A DNA stretch of 64,000 nt from Gloeobacterales cyanobacterium. GTDB taxonomy: Bacteria; Cyanobacteriota; Cyanobacteriia; Gloeobacterales; PMM-0068. Below are positions 30,121-40,714 of this stretch, one piece after another. How positions within the stretch are numbered: the first letter of the stretch is position 1; each line of letters begins with the position of its first letter. Below the pieces are notes generated by a model. It was given only the letters and a program-made list of their open reading frames with translations, had not been told where the DNA came from and searched no databases. The stretch is taken from positions 64,001-128,000 of the forward strand of contig JBBRSB010000002.1 of assembly GCA_038245785.1 (NCBI GenBank), written 5' to 3'. The translations under genes were made by a program, and so were the position numbers.

Positions 30121-30612
30121 ATGATTTGTCCTTTCTGCCAGCACAGTAGTAGTCGCGTTTTAGAATCCCGCTCTGCCGAGGAGTCCGCGTCTATACGTCG
30201 TCGTCGAGAGTGCCTCAAATGTGCCCGACGCTTTACCACCTATGAACGGATTGAATTTGTTCCGCTCACAGTAATCAAGCGCAGTGGCCGCCGAGATGCC
30301 TTTGACCGCTCTAAAATTCTTCGAGGAGTCACGATCGCTGTCGAAAAAACTGTTGTTACTTCCAATCAGGTGGAACTTTTGGTCGATGATGTGGAAACGG
30401 AACTGCAGCAAAAGGCGGGTCGTGAAGTGACCAGCACCGAAATCGGAGAAATGGTCTTAAAACGTCTGAAGGTTCTACATGAGGTGGCCTATGTGCGTTT
30501 TGCCTCGGTCTATCGCAAGTTCACAGGGATTGCTGATTTTGTAGAAGAACTCCAGCAGTTTAATCCCACTGAACTAGACCGCCGAAAACTCGAAGAGCTG
30601 CTCAGGTCCTAA
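30121..30612 (+). CDS. nrdR: transcriptional repressor NrdR
   Basis: [29 protein letters not shown] cone, [10 protein letters not shown]. Confidence 0.97.
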   Translation: MICPFCQHSSSRVLESRSAEESASIRRRRECLKCARRFTTYERIEFVPLTVIKRSGRRDAFDRSKILRGVTIAVEKTVVTSNQVELLVDDVETELQQKAGREVTSTEIGEMVLKRLKVLHEVAYVRFASVYRKFTGIADFVEELQQFNPTELDRRKLEELLRS

Positions 30613-30628
30613 AAACTTAATAATTCAT

Positions 30629-30664
30629 AAACCCCTCTAGTCAAGGATTAGAGGAGTTTGTTTT
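30629..30664 (+). terminator. probable intrinsic terminator after nrdR
   Basis: AAACCCCTCTAG...TTAGAGGAGTTT followed by a T-rich tract. Confidence 0.55.
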
Positions 30665-30674
30665 GATAAATTCT

Positions 30675-30964
30675 AACCCCTCAGTCCCTGCGGGACAGCC
30701 CCCCTTGGAGAGGAGCCGTTTCTGAGACAAGAAAGGTGCGGGTGCAAAGTGAGAACGTAGGGATGCGAAAACAACGAACAAGCTCAAACTTATAATGTTT
30801 ACTGCACAGGGATTTTAGAAAGTTCAAGCCTGCGCGCAGTCCGTTCCAGCCATGAGGAAATCGGCTATCGATTTAGCAGCGTCTGTAGCTAAATCCAATC
30901 CATCCTTCTCCTTCCAGAAGAGGCTCCCCTCTAAGGGGAGCTGTCCCGCAGGGACTGAGGGGTT
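30675..30964. mobile_element. MITE/REPIN-like element with ~50-bp imperfect terminal inverted repeats
   Basis: AACCCCTCAGTCCCTGCGGGACAGC... (30675) is the reverse complement of ...GCTGTCCCGCAGGGACTGAGGGGTT (ends 30964). Confidence 0.65.
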
Positions 30965-30968
30965 GCTG

Positions 30969-32570
30969 TTACAGACCCACGCGCACAGGAGTGCGATTTT
31001 GGCGCACATCATAGTCAGCGACCAAGAGGCTCTGTCCATCCATCTCAGCGGGTTGGGGAATGTCTAGAATGTGCAGAATCGTTGGAGCAATGTCCGCGAG
31101 TCGTCCATCGTCTCGCAGTTTAGCCTCAGCGCCTGTACCAGGAATTTTGCGCCCTTCACTTTCTACAAGGATAAAAGGCACTTTATTGGTGGTGTGTGCT
31201 GTCCAAGGGCGCTTTTCCGCATCCCACATCAGTTCGCTATTGCCATGATCTGCTGTGACCAACAAAGCACCCCCCTGTTTGACGGTGGCATCCAGGACTT
31301 CACCAACACAGGCATCTATGGTTTCGATGGCTTTGATAGCCGCTTCATATTTGCCCGTATGACCGACCATATCGGGGTTGGCATAATTCACAACAATTAG
31401 ACCGTACTGGCCCGAACGAATGGCTTTGACAACGTGCTCTGTGACCGTCTTAGCTGACATTTCTGGCTGCTGGTCGTAGGTAGCTACTCTTGGGCTAGGT
31501 ATCATTTCCCGGTCTTCACCTGGATAGGGTTTTTCCTGCCCCCCATTGAAGAAATAGGTTACATGAGCATATTTTTCCGTCTCCGCACAGCGGAGCTGTT
31601 TGAGCCCGTGGTCTGAAATCACTTGACCGAGGATGTTGTTGAAGGAGATAGGCTCAAAGGCTACCTGTACAGGTAGACCTGCTTGGTACTGAGTGAGGGT
31701 GACGAAATGCAGAGGCTCAATTAAGGTTCGCTCAAATCCTGAAAAATCAGGATTTACAAAAGCCTGAGTCAGTTCGCGGGCACGGTCAGGTCTGAAATTG
31801 AAAAAGATTACTCCATCTTCAGGCTGAACAATGCCTGGGCCGAGCCTGGTGGGAGGAATGAATTCATCGGTCAGTCCTTCAGAATAGAAGCTGCGCAGAA
31901 CTTCTACCGGACTACGGACTATGCCCTTAGAGTGGTCCTCTGTTAAGACACGGTAGGCTTCTTCGATCCTCTCCCAGCGTTTATCGCGGTCCATGGCATA
32001 GTAACGACCACTCACCGTTGCAATATGTCCTAAACCGATCTTGGCTATTTCGTCCTCTATAAGAGCCAAATGCTCTATTCCAGAGTCGGGTGAGGTATCT
32101 CGTCCATCGGTAAAGGCATGAATATAAACTTCGCTCAGGCCGTAGGATTTGGCGAAGTTGAGCAGGCCAAACAAATGGTCTATGCTCGCGTGGACGCCTC
32201 CATCAGAGCAAAGGCCCATCAGGTGCAAGGGTTTGCCCGTTTCTTTTAGTTTGGTAAAAATGTCACGAAGTACTGGATTTTGGGCAATGGTTCCGCTTTC
32301 AAATGCATCTGAGATACGCACCAATTCCTGAGGAACCAACCTCCCTGCCCCAATCGTCAGGTGGCCCACTTCAGAGTTGCCCATTTGCCCAATGGGAAGC
32401 CCCACTGCTTTGCCAGAAGTCTCAATCAAAGTATGAGGATAGGCCGTTTGCAATGCAGACATCACAGGAGTTCTGGCGTTGGCAATGGCATTTCCATCTG
32501 TCTCTTGCCTGTAGCCCCAGCCGTCTAGAATAACGAGAACAACGGGTGCGATATTACTTAGAAACCGCAT
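30969..32570 (-). CDS. gpmI: 2,3-BPG-independent phosphoglycerate mutase
   Basis: ILDGWG, QMGNSEVGH, DGRDT, GRYYAMDRD, AETEKYAHVT, PDMVGHTG, TADHGN. Confidence 0.97.
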   Translation of the reverse strand: MRFLSNIAPVVLVILDGWGYRQETDGNAIANARTPVMSALQTAYPHTLIETSGKAVGLPIGQMGNSEVGHLTIGAGRLVPQELVRISDAFESGTIAQNPVLRDIFTKLKETGKPLHLMGLCSDGGVHASIDHLFGLLNFAKSYGLSEVYIHAFTDGRDTSPDSGIEHLALIEDEIAKIGLGHIATVSGRYYAMDRDKRWERIEEAYRVLTEDHSKGIVRSPVEVLRSFYSEGLTDEFIPPTRLGPGIVQPEDGVIFFNFRPDRARELTQAFVNPDFSGFERTLIEPLHFVTLTQYQAGLPVQVAFEPISFNNILGQVISDHGLKQLRCAETEKYAHVTYFFNGGQEKPYPGEDREMIPSPRVATYDQQPEMSAKTVTEHVVKAIRSGQYGLIVVNYANPDMVGHTGKYEAAIKAIETIDACVGEVLDATVKQGGALLVTADHGNSELMWDAEKRPWTAHTTNKVPFILVESEGRKIPGTGAEAKLRDDGRLADIAPTILHILDIPQPAEMDGQSLLVADYDVRQNRTPVRVGL

Positions 32571-32642
32571 CTTTGGCCTTTTTACCCCAGAACGATGGGG
32601 CGATCATATCATTTCTAAGTTTGCAATTTGTTAATGAGCACC

Positions 32643-33074
32643 TTAAGGTTTTGTCAAACGCCTTAAGTTCTTTCTGCTGCGAACTTTGCGCGAAGTCGGA
32701 GGGAGTCCAATTGTCGTAATCACTTGATATTGGCGGGCTTCTTCTAGAGGTGGAAGCTCATTCATATCTACCCGATGAATGCAATCTACAGGGCAAGATT
32801 GAACGGCTTCTTCTAGAAGAACATCATCATCCCCTTGCTGGTTGATAACCCGTGAACGACCATGCTCAGGCTCTAAGTAAAATGTATTGCGGGCGACCCA
32901 GGCGCAAAGCCCACAGCCAATGCAGGTTACTTCATCTACGTAAAGCGCTTTTTGGCGAAGCCCTCCTCCTAATTCAGGTTCCAGTCCAGAGCGTTGTGCT
33001 CCATTGCGGAGGATTCCCCCTAGTTCGGGCTCTAATCCAGAACGCTGTGTTTGCCTTCGTTGCTCATCAAGCAC
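32643..33074 (-). CDS. ferredoxin (cyanobacterial Fer type)
   Basis: GLEPELGG x2, YVDEVTCIGCGLC, CPVDCIH. Confidence 0.9.
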   Translation of the reverse strand: MLDEQRRQTQRSGLEPELGGILRNGAQRSGLEPELGGGLRQKALYVDEVTCIGCGLCAWVARNTFYLEPEHGRSRVINQQGDDDVLLEEAVQSCPVDCIHRVDMNELPPLEEARQYQVITTIGLPPTSRKVRSRKNLRRLTKP

Positions 33075-33135
33075 AGCATACTCCTCACTTTATATATTTT
33101 TAGCTAGGGGGCTATTGTCTAAATGGCTCTAATAC

Positions 33136-33522
33136 TTAATTACTCCAGCGCTGAACGGTCAGGCAGAGGGTGCCGTCTTCTTTCTGTTCAGCCTTAGTCA
33201 AGTTGAAGCCTTTTGCTTTCGTTTCAGCCAGAATGCTGTGGTAGGCATAACGCTGGGAAACTTTACCTAGGAAGCGCTCAACGGTGAGGGGTTGCTTCCA
33301 ATATTGAAGGTCTGTCACCAATTCATAGTTTTGTCCGTTCCAGACAAAGCCCAAATCATGGCTGTTTTCCTGACGGACCACTAACTTGGCGCTACGGGTA
33401 TCCCCTTTATAGCCTCGGATAAATACTTGGCCCCGTTCATAGGGCATACCCAAATCGTCTAAAGCTAGAGCCAGACAGTCAAGGTCGCGAACTTTGGTCT
33501 TGATTTGGGTGAAGTGAGACAT
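33136..33522 (-). CDS. DUF1257 / Ycf35 protein
   Basis: MSHFTQIKT, YELVTDLQYW, QRYAY. Confidence 0.9.
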   Translation of the reverse strand: MSHFTQIKTKVRDLDCLALALDDLGMPYERGQVFIRGYKGDTRSAKLVVRQENSHDLGFVWNGQNYELVTDLQYWKQPLTVERFLGKVSQRYAYHSILAETKAKGFNLTKAEQKEDGTLCLTVQRWSN

Positions 33523-33597
33523 GAGGAGAGACGCTCCAAATATGGTTTGCAGTGTACGTCTAGAAATCTGAGTTGAGATGCAAAAGTTTAGAAAAAT

Positions 33598-33804
33598 TTA
33601 CGTCCATTGTTTATTGGGTTCTTCATTTTGCGCCCATTGTTGTGCTGCCTGTTGGTAGTATTCCGAGGTTAAGGTCTGGTCCTGGACATGGCCCAACTTC
33701 TCTTCCACAGAGCGCGTTAGCTCACTACAGGAATTGCCTACTACCCCGATGACCCGCTCTTCTACGCGACCATCTGGATGCAATATAAATTCGATCTGTT
33801 CCAT
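33598..33804 (-). CDS. DUF2997 protein
   Basis: IEFILHPDGRVEERV.GV.G.SC...T..VE..LG; usual neighbour of DUF1257. Confidence 0.88.
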   Translation of the reverse strand: MEQIEFILHPDGRVEERVIGVVGNSCSELTRSVEEKLGHVQDQTLTSEYYQQAAQQWAQNEEPNKQWT

Positions 33805-33979
33805 AGGGCACCTCTCTGCAGAAAGATATTTATGTGACGTTTAGTTAACTATTATTGCGCGTGCTTGTGTTGAAGCCCAACTTTTCTCAGGAATAGAGGG
33901 CAACCTTGGACGCCCCTGGGTACTCTCAAAGCTAGATTGGTTATCATTACAGTAGCCCTTGTTCCTGCTGGCATCGCTT

Positions 33980-35092
33980 ATGACTCGCATTTTTAGTCCA
34001 TTTCAGCAGAAACTCGTGACGGGTTTGTTGGTCTTTTTGGTGGGCTGGGCTTTTCTGCAAACCCTAGAATTCTTCAAGGAGTTCATCCTAGTTTTCTCAA
34101 GCGCAGGAATTATTGCTTTTTTGCTGAATTATCCGGTCAATCTTTTGCAGCGCTACGTTCCTAGAGCGTTGGCTGCCTTAATGGTTTATTCCGTTTTTGC
34201 CATTGTTGTTACTCTGCTCGCGGTCACCTTAGGACCTAGCATTTTTGAACAGGCTAGCCAACTGGGTAGTCGTATCCCAGAATTTTTTAATTCGGCTCAA
34301 GGACAGTTATCTAGTCTCCAAGCTTGGCTGACCAAGCTTGGTGTGCCTATCAAGGTCGCTACTTTGCAAGACGCGTTATTCACACAAGTAGAAGCTCAAG
34401 TTCAAGGACTTGCTCAGCAAGCGGTGAGCCTTACCTTAGGAACCGTTTTTGGCTTGATTGAGCTGATTTTGATAGTAGTCATCTCATTTTATATGTTGTT
34501 GGAAGGAGACCGTTTCTGGAATGGATTAATTGGACTCCTGCCCGCGCAGGTGGGAACGCGTCTGACAGAGTCTCTCCGATTCAACCTCCGGGGATTTTTC
34601 TCTGGTCAGCTTGTGCTGGGAGTCTTTATGTCAGGGGTGCTACTCCCTATCTTTTTACTATTGGGTGTGCCCTACGCGCTTTTATTCAGTCTGTTCATCG
34701 GTGCTATGGAGTTGGTTCCCTTTATCGGGGCAAGTCTGGGCATCGGAGCAGTGGTCCTTCTGTTGGTCTTACAGAACTCACTGCTAGCCTTCAAAGTTCT
34801 GATCGCCTGCGTTATTATTCAGCAGCTGAAAGATAATATTTTAGCTCCCCGAGTTTTGGGAAATTTTACAGGACTCAATCCCGTCCTAATTTTTGCAGCC
34901 CTAATCCTAGGGGGCAAAATTGGCGGTCTGCTGGGAGTGATTCTGGCTATTCCCTTGACTGGCGTGGTTAAGAGTATTCTTGAAGTCTTGTACCCAGATA
35001 AATTTCATTCTCTTAGTACTCAGGGAATATCCAAGCCAAAGATTGATTCTGAAGATTCTGCCTTTTCAAAGACACTGTTAGTTGATGAATAG
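33980..35092 (+). CDS. AI-2E family transporter
   Basis: AFLLNYPV, LVPFIGA, DNILAPR..G...GLNP. Confidence 0.9.
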   Translation: MTRIFSPFQQKLVTGLLVFLVGWAFLQTLEFFKEFILVFSSAGIIAFLLNYPVNLLQRYVPRALAALMVYSVFAIVVTLLAVTLGPSIFEQASQLGSRIPEFFNSAQGQLSSLQAWLTKLGVPIKVATLQDALFTQVEAQVQGLAQQAVSLTLGTVFGLIELILIVVISFYMLLEGDRFWNGLIGLLPAQVGTRLTESLRFNLRGFFSGQLVLGVFMSGVLLPIFLLLGVPYALLFSLFIGAMELVPFIGASLGIGAVVLLLVLQNSLLAFKVLIACVIIQQLKDNILAPRVLGNFTGLNPVLIFAALILGGKIGGLLGVILAIPLTGVVKSILEVLYPDKFHSLSTQGISKPKIDSEDSAFSKTLLVDE

Positions 35093-35115
35093 GAGATAGA
35101 CATGAGACGAACGAA

Positions 35116-36177
35116 ATGAATTGGTGGGCCAAACTACGACGCAATCCTCTAGCTCAGGTAGGCTTTGTCGTCCTGGTTGTCCTCTACGTCGCTGTATTTT
35201 TTGCCGACTTTTTGTCTCCCTATGCCCCGGATGAGCAGTACCGCAAGCAAGCGCTCCTCCCGCCTACACCCTGGCACCTGGAAAATGGAAAATTTGTGGT
35301 CTATCCTTCCCGTAAAGGCCCACCTGACATGAATACGGGGTTGCCCAAATTTGTTGAAGACCAGGCTCATCCTACGGAAGTCCAGTTTTTTGTTCAGGGA
35401 TATCCCTATCGTTTCTTGGGGCTGATTCCCAGTAATCTTCACCTCTTCGGAACGAAAACTGCCGACAAGCAAGGCTATCTCTTCCTCTTAGGAACTGATG
35501 AGCAAGGCCGTGACCAGTTTTCCCGACTCCTCTCTGGTGGCAGAATTAGCCTCACCATTGGACTGATAGGTATTGGCATCTCTTTCCCCCTAGGTCTTCT
35601 TGCCGGAGGGATTTCTGGATATTTCGGTGGACTGATTGACAATTTGATGATGCGTTTGACAGAAGTACTGATGTCGATACCCAGTTTCTACTTATTTATC
35701 GCGCTAGCAGCTGTTCTCCCGCCACAGCTTACCAGTGCCGAACGTTTCACTTTGATTACAGTAATTATTGCCCTGACTTCTTGGGCTGGTTTGGCACGGG
35801 TTATTCGGGGTCAGGTGCTGTCCTTGAAAGAGCAAGAGTATGTTGAAGCCTCACGGGCCTTGGGTGCTTCCCCGATGTACATTCTCTTCCGCCATATCCT
35901 GCCTCAAACGGCCACGTATATTATCATCTCTGCCACTTTGGCGATTCCCAGTTTCATCATTGCCGAGTCTGTCTTGTCTTTGATTGGCCTGGGCATTCAA
36001 GAGCCCGATGCTTCTTGGGGAAATATGCTGGTCGGCGCCAACAGCACCTCTAAGATTCTCTTCAACACCTGGCTAGTGGCTGCTCCCGCCTCGCTAATTA
36101 TTATCACCAGCTTGGCCTTTAACTTCCTGGGAGATGGTTTGAGGGATGCGTTAGATCCTCGAAATACGCAGCGATAG
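35116..36177 (+). CDS. oligopeptide ABC transporter permease (OppC/DppC)
   Basis: LGTDEQGRDQFSRL, EYVEASRALG, AFNFLGDGLRDALDP. Confidence 0.93.
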   Translation: MNWWAKLRRNPLAQVGFVVLVVLYVAVFFADFLSPYAPDEQYRKQALLPPTPWHLENGKFVVYPSRKGPPDMNTGLPKFVEDQAHPTEVQFFVQGYPYRFLGLIPSNLHLFGTKTADKQGYLFLLGTDEQGRDQFSRLLSGGRISLTIGLIGIGISFPLGLLAGGISGYFGGLIDNLMMRLTEVLMSIPSFYLFIALAAVLPPQLTSAERFTLITVIIALTSWAGLARVIRGQVLSLKEQEYVEASRALGASPMYILFRHILPQTATYIIISATLAIPSFIIAESVLSLIGLGIQEPDASWGNMLVGANSTSKILFNTWLVAAPASLIIITSLAFNFLGDGLRDALDPRNTQR

Positions 36178-36227
36178 GGGACGCCTGGCCATATTTGCTT
36201 TACCCTTGCCTACACATTTCACTCAAA

Positions 36228-37061
36228 CTAGTAGAGAGATTTTTCAACATCGCTGCCTTGAATCACTGATTCCAGTGCAAATAGATCGGTCTGGATACAT
36301 TCATTGAGCAGTAATAATTCGGCAAGGAATGGATCGATTCGGGTTGGTGGCTCACGGCGCGCATCCTCCAATAGCGTCTGCGCTTTGATCAATGTGACTT
36401 TAATAAGCTGATGGGCTTCTCGGAAAATCTGTTCGTCCTTCTGGCCTGTGAGATAGCCCTTGACAATAGCCTCATAAAGCTTGGCGCAGTCTCCCAGAAT
36501 AGCGGTTAAGCTACGGCGTAGATCGCGACGGGCACGAGGTCTCCACAGCGTGATCGTGACTAAGAGTGCCACGAGAATTCCAAAAATAACATCAATAAAA
36601 CGCTCCAGACCCAACAGCCAATGATTAGAACTATCAGCCAGAAGAACAATGGTAAAGGCAACAGTAGCGATGCGCAGGCTTTAGGAGAGCTTTAAAAAGG
36701 AATAGATCAAAATAACGGTGGTCATCCCCAGCCCAAGCGTGAACGCCAAGGGAGCGCCGAAGCTTGCAATCACAGCACCTACCAAAGCACCAATCGCTGT
36801 TCCAACCAAGCGCTGCCAGGCCGCATTGAATGAACTGCCCAGATTGGCCTGCATGACGATGACAGCAGAAACCACCGCCCAAATTGGACTTGGTAAATTG
36901 AGTCCTACAGCACTCAGGTAGGTAATAAGTGCAGCAATACCTGTTTTGATAGCAAGCTGAAGCGTTGCGGCCATTTCAGGCTTAAGGTGAGGAAGGCTAG
37001 TCGAGCGAAATGCTTTTTGCAGGTATTTCACCGTCCTGTATCCTGTTTCCCGCACTACCAA
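36228..37061 (-). pseudogene. FUSC/aromatic-acid-exporter family gene with in-frame stop
   Basis: WAVVSAVIV, QRLVGTAIGA; TAA at 36681-36683 followed in frame by SLRIATVAFTIVLL...GLERFIDV. Confidence 0.75.
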
Positions 37062-37101
37062 TTCATCTTAACAAGGCCCAAAATTGAGGGCAGTATATTG
37101 C

Positions 37102-37368
37102 TTAAGTAGGGAGTTCATCACCTGAGCGAGGCGCTTCTCCACTAGAACGATTCATAATCCGGTTAAAAGCACCAAAGTCAGCTCGCGACTGCCGTTCAGC
37201 AAAATACTGAGCTGTTTCCATGGCGGCAATTTTTTCCGCTACTGCAGTAGCAATAAATTGATTGATGCTGGTTCCATCCTGCTTTGCCAAGCGCTCAACT
37301 TCTTTCTTGATAGAACGAGGCAAGCGTAAAGCATAGGTTGCGGCCGTATTTTTCGTAGTGTCCTTCAT
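37102..37368 (-). CDS. RHH (HicB-like) antitoxin
   Basis: YALRLPRS.K......A..DG.SINQFIATAVAEK. Confidence 0.88.
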   Translation of the reverse strand: MKDTTKNTAATYALRLPRSIKKEVERLAKQDGTSINQFIATAVAEKIAAMETAQYFAERQSRADFGAFNRIMNRSSGEAPRSGDELPT

Positions 37369-37370
37369 AA

Positions 37371-37787
37371 TCAGATTCTCCTAATTGCTTCCGCAGGGGA
37401 AAGAACTTCAATGTTGAATTCCATGGGTACAGAGCCATAGTCTTTCTTGTTAAAGGTTATAAGTGCATTAGCTTGCCCATTAATAGCAGCTTCCAAAACC
37501 ATCTCATCATTTGCATCGCGTAGCCTTGGTCGCCACAGATAATGGATGTCTACAGGCTCTACCAGTGCAATGACTGCAGTAACAAACTGATTTGCTTCCT
37601 CCTTTGAGAGCTCTCCAGCGATTTGATGCTCTCTTCTACTACAAATGGCTTCATACTCCAGTGCCAAAGGCACGCTCAGCAGAAGAGTCACTTTCGTAGA
37701 TTGAGCTGCCATTAATAATGCTGCTGAAGCTCCTCTAGGACTTCGCATTGCAGCAATAACAACATCGGTATCAAGCACCAAACGCAT
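37371..37787 (-). CDS. PIN-family toxin
   Basis: MRLVLDTDV, LEYE, LRDANDEMVLEAA, ITFNKKD. Confidence 0.9.
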   Translation of the reverse strand: MRLVLDTDVVIAAMRSPRGASAALLMAAQSTKVTLLLSVPLALEYEAICSRREHQIAGELSKEEANQFVTAVIALVEPVDIHYLWRPRLRDANDEMVLEAAINGQANALITFNKKDYGSVPMEFNIEVLSPAEAIRRI

Positions 37788-37923
37788 GTTTCTCACACGC
37801 GATATCTATATAGATCATATCACAGGCAATATGATAATGATGAAGATAAATTGGTTTTGTCCTTATCACTCCTGGCTTCTGTATCTTGTGCACAATTAGT
37901 TTATGGAACAATATTCTGGATCA

Positions 37924-38205
37924 ATGCCTCGAACAACAACTATTACCATTCGCTTGGATACTGCTCTCAAAGAGAAGCTCGAAGCTTTGGCCAAAAGTAC
38001 ACAGCGAAGTAAGTCTTGGCTAGCCGTTGAGGCGATCACTGTCTACGTTGAGCAGGCAGCCTGGCAAATCCAACAGATCGAAGAGACTGTCCAACAATCC
38101 AATCGTCCTGACGCTAAGTGGATTGCCCATGAGGAGGTGTCTGCTTGGCTAAACACGTGGGATACTGAAGATGAGACTTCTGCTCCACGCTTAGAGATTG
38201 ATTAA
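37924..38205 (+). CDS. CopG/RHH antitoxin, no toxin adjacent
   Basis: TITIRL...LKEKLEALA..TQRSKSWLA; HEEV.AWL..W tail. Confidence 0.8.
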   Translation: MPRTTTITIRLDTALKEKLEALAKSTQRSKSWLAVEAITVYVEQAAWQIQQIEETVQQSNRPDAKWIAHEEVSAWLNTWDTEDETSAPRLEID

Positions 38206-38310
38206 TCACTGCTTCTTATATATAAACCGAGAAAGCCACCAAGAGGGAACCCAATTCTGATAAAGTAACTCCTAGTACAGAAACAGCTTCTTCTCAAAGC
38301 AACAGAAATC

Positions 38311-39729
38311 ATGTGAAAAGAATTTAGCGGATACTATCGCCCGACTGAAATCGAGTTTTCAGAACTCTGGAAAAACTGTAAGTTTGTTGTCGATGCAAAT
38401 ATTCTTTTAAACCTTTATCGTTATCCCGAAGAAGCCAAGGATGATCTACTTCAAGTCTTGGATACCATATCAGATCGTCTATGGATACCTCATCAAGCAG
38501 CTTTGGAATATCAAGAAAACCGATTGACTGTAATCGCAGAGCAAGTAGCTAAATTTGACGGTATAAACAAGAGCTTGAACACTGAGTTGTCAAAGCTAAA
38601 AAAGAGGCATCCTTCTATAAAACTAGATGAACTAATTGAGCCAATAAATGGACTTTTCGAAAAACTTATTAAGGATTTAGAATCTCAAAAAGACAAACAT
38701 CCCGACTTATTAAATGACGACAAATTGAGAGATAAATTAGATATCCTTTTTAAAGGAAAAGTAGGGCCAGCACCTACTCAAGAGAACCTTGACAAAATAT
38801 ATAAAGATGGAGAGAGCAGGTATAAGACAAAGTGTCCTCCAGGTTATCAAGATGAAGATAAGTCTGATGTAAAAAAGATATTTCCATATGATGGATTAGC
38901 TCGTCAACGAAAATACGGAGATCTAGTACTGTGGCATCAAATCATTGATGAAGCAAATGCTAATAGTCACCAGAGTATTATTTTTATTACTGATGATCGT
39001 AAGAGCGATTGGTGGTGGATTGTTAATTCTAGTGGAGATAAAACTATTGGGCCACATCCTGCACTTGTAAAAGAAATACTTTCGAAGACGCAAATCTCTT
39101 ATTTCTATATTTACAACTCAGAGCGCTTCTTAGAGCAAGCAAAAAAATATCTTGAAATCAGTGTGCGACTGGAATCCGTCCAAGAAATTGGGGATGCTCT
39201 GAAAGCCAGTGAGCGTCATATAGCAAAAGTTGGAGATGTATTTTATGGGAATCAAATAGTCAGCTGGATAAATGAAAAGCAAATGCGTGAAAAGGCAACA
39301 ATAATATTCCGTCAGTGGATAGTTAATTCATTTCCAAATGATGAAATACTTGATGGGGATGGTGTTTCCATTGACTTTATACGGATAGAGAGTCCAGAAG
39401 GGTCTAAAAATGCATATAAAGTTGTATATATCCCTTCAAGACAAGATGTATTGACGGTAATAAGAAGCCCTTACTATCAAGCACTTAGCCAACGTCTAGA
39501 TGGAACGAATGCACTGAGTAAAATCAAATCATTCGCACTTGTTTTCGCTTTTGATAATAATCATAGTGTAGAGGACTACGATCCTCATGATGTAGGTAAT
39601 CTCTATAAAATACTTTTTAATCTAGACCCTGTGATTTCAAACTCAAGGCTCGAATTTATAGCTGGCTCTATAAGCGTAGATCGGTTCGGTGATGGAAGCT
39701 TTGATTTTTATAATTCTCATGAATTCTAA
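38311..39729 (+). pseudogene. PIN-like (DUF4935-type) domain protein with a stop at codon 2
   Basis: ATG-TGA then in-frame KEFSGYYRP..LWKNCKFVVDANILLNLYRY joining the track ORF (WIPHQ, PPGY.D, YGDLVLW, ITDDRKSDWW). Confidence 0.7.
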
Positions 39730-39817
39730 GCATTAGCGCTATTGAATAAATCACGAAGTTCAACAGAAACTTCAACTAGAAAGCTACCTTGTTCCTCCCT
39801 TAACAAAGCTACGGTAT

Positions 39818-39903
39818 TTACAGATCTTGGAATCGCCCCCCTGCCCCCCAAATTTGGGGGGTTCTTTGCTCAAAGTCCCCCAGAATTGGGGGATTTAGGG
39901 GGC
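39818..39903 (+). repeat. REP/SDR-like element, family A, insert-free copy
   Basis: CCCCCTGCCCCCCAAATTTGGGGGG...CCCCCAGAATTGGGGGATTTAGGGGGC. Confidence 0.85.
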
Positions 39904-39958
39904 ACGTACCAGCAAAATTGCTCTTTTGCCCCAGGCGTAGCCTTCCCGGAGGGGGGGA

Positions 39959-40696
39959 TCACGCTATTTCTTCTGCCCTTCCAATCGACTCTCCGAGATA
40001 GCTTTTCTGAATTTGCGGAGAAGCTAACAATTCTTCGGCAGGGCCTTCTAAGACCACTCTGCCCGTTTCCAGAACGTAGGCTCGGTTCGCTAACTTGAGG
40101 GCTTGCAGGGCATTTTGTTCGACCAGAAGGATCATGATTCCTTCTTCTTGAATCTTGCGGATGATTTTAAAGATGTCTTGAACGACAAGCGGGGCCAAGC
40201 CCAGACTTGGTTCATCGAGCAGCAACAGTTTTGGTTTGGTTAAAAGTGCGCGACCGATAGCCAACATTTGCTGTTCGCCGCCGGACAGCGTCCCTGCCTT
40301 TTGAGTCAAGCGATTGGACAAAATGGGAAAGAATTCGTAAACCTGCTCTAGATCTTTTTGATAAGGATCGCGACGAATATAGGCCCCCATTTCCAGATTT
40401 TCCAATACAGTTAGACGCGAAAAAATGCGTCTGCCTTCGGGGACATGGACCACCCCAGAGTGAACAATACGGTCCGGTTCCGTGCGGGTTAAATCGATTC
40501 CATCAAAGGTTACTTTTCCTTGCGCCGGACGAATCAAGCCAGAAATCGTACGCAGGGTAGTGGATTTTCCAGCTCCGTTGGAACCGATGACCGAGACAAT
40601 TTCGCCTGGATTGACGGTGAGATTGATATTGTGCAGCACATCGGTTTTCCCGTAACCACTGCTCATTTGGGTGATTTGGAGTCCTGCTGTGGCCAT
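39959..40696 (-). CDS. livF: branched-chain amino acid ABC ATPase, LivF-like
   Basis: GSNGAGKST, VPEGRRIF, LSGGEQQMLAIGRAL, DEPSLGLAP. Confidence 0.9.
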   Translation of the reverse strand: MATAGLQITQMSSGYGKTDVLHNINLTVNPGEIVSVIGSNGAGKSTTLRTISGLIRPAQGKVTFDGIDLTRTEPDRIVHSGVVHVPEGRRIFSRLTVLENLEMGAYIRRDPYQKDLEQVYEFFPILSNRLTQKAGTLSGGEQQMLAIGRALLTKPKLLLLDEPSLGLAPLVVQDIFKIIRKIQEEGIMILLVEQNALQALKLANRAYVLETGRVVLEGPAEELLASPQIQKSYLGESIGRAEEIA

Positions 40697-40714
40697 AGTC
40701 CTATACTTTCTTAT

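Noticed and set aside
32960..33045. Tandem RSGLEPELGG duplication in the ferredoxin
   Set aside because: Repeats of this motif occur in other cyanobacterial members of the family, so it is not unusual.
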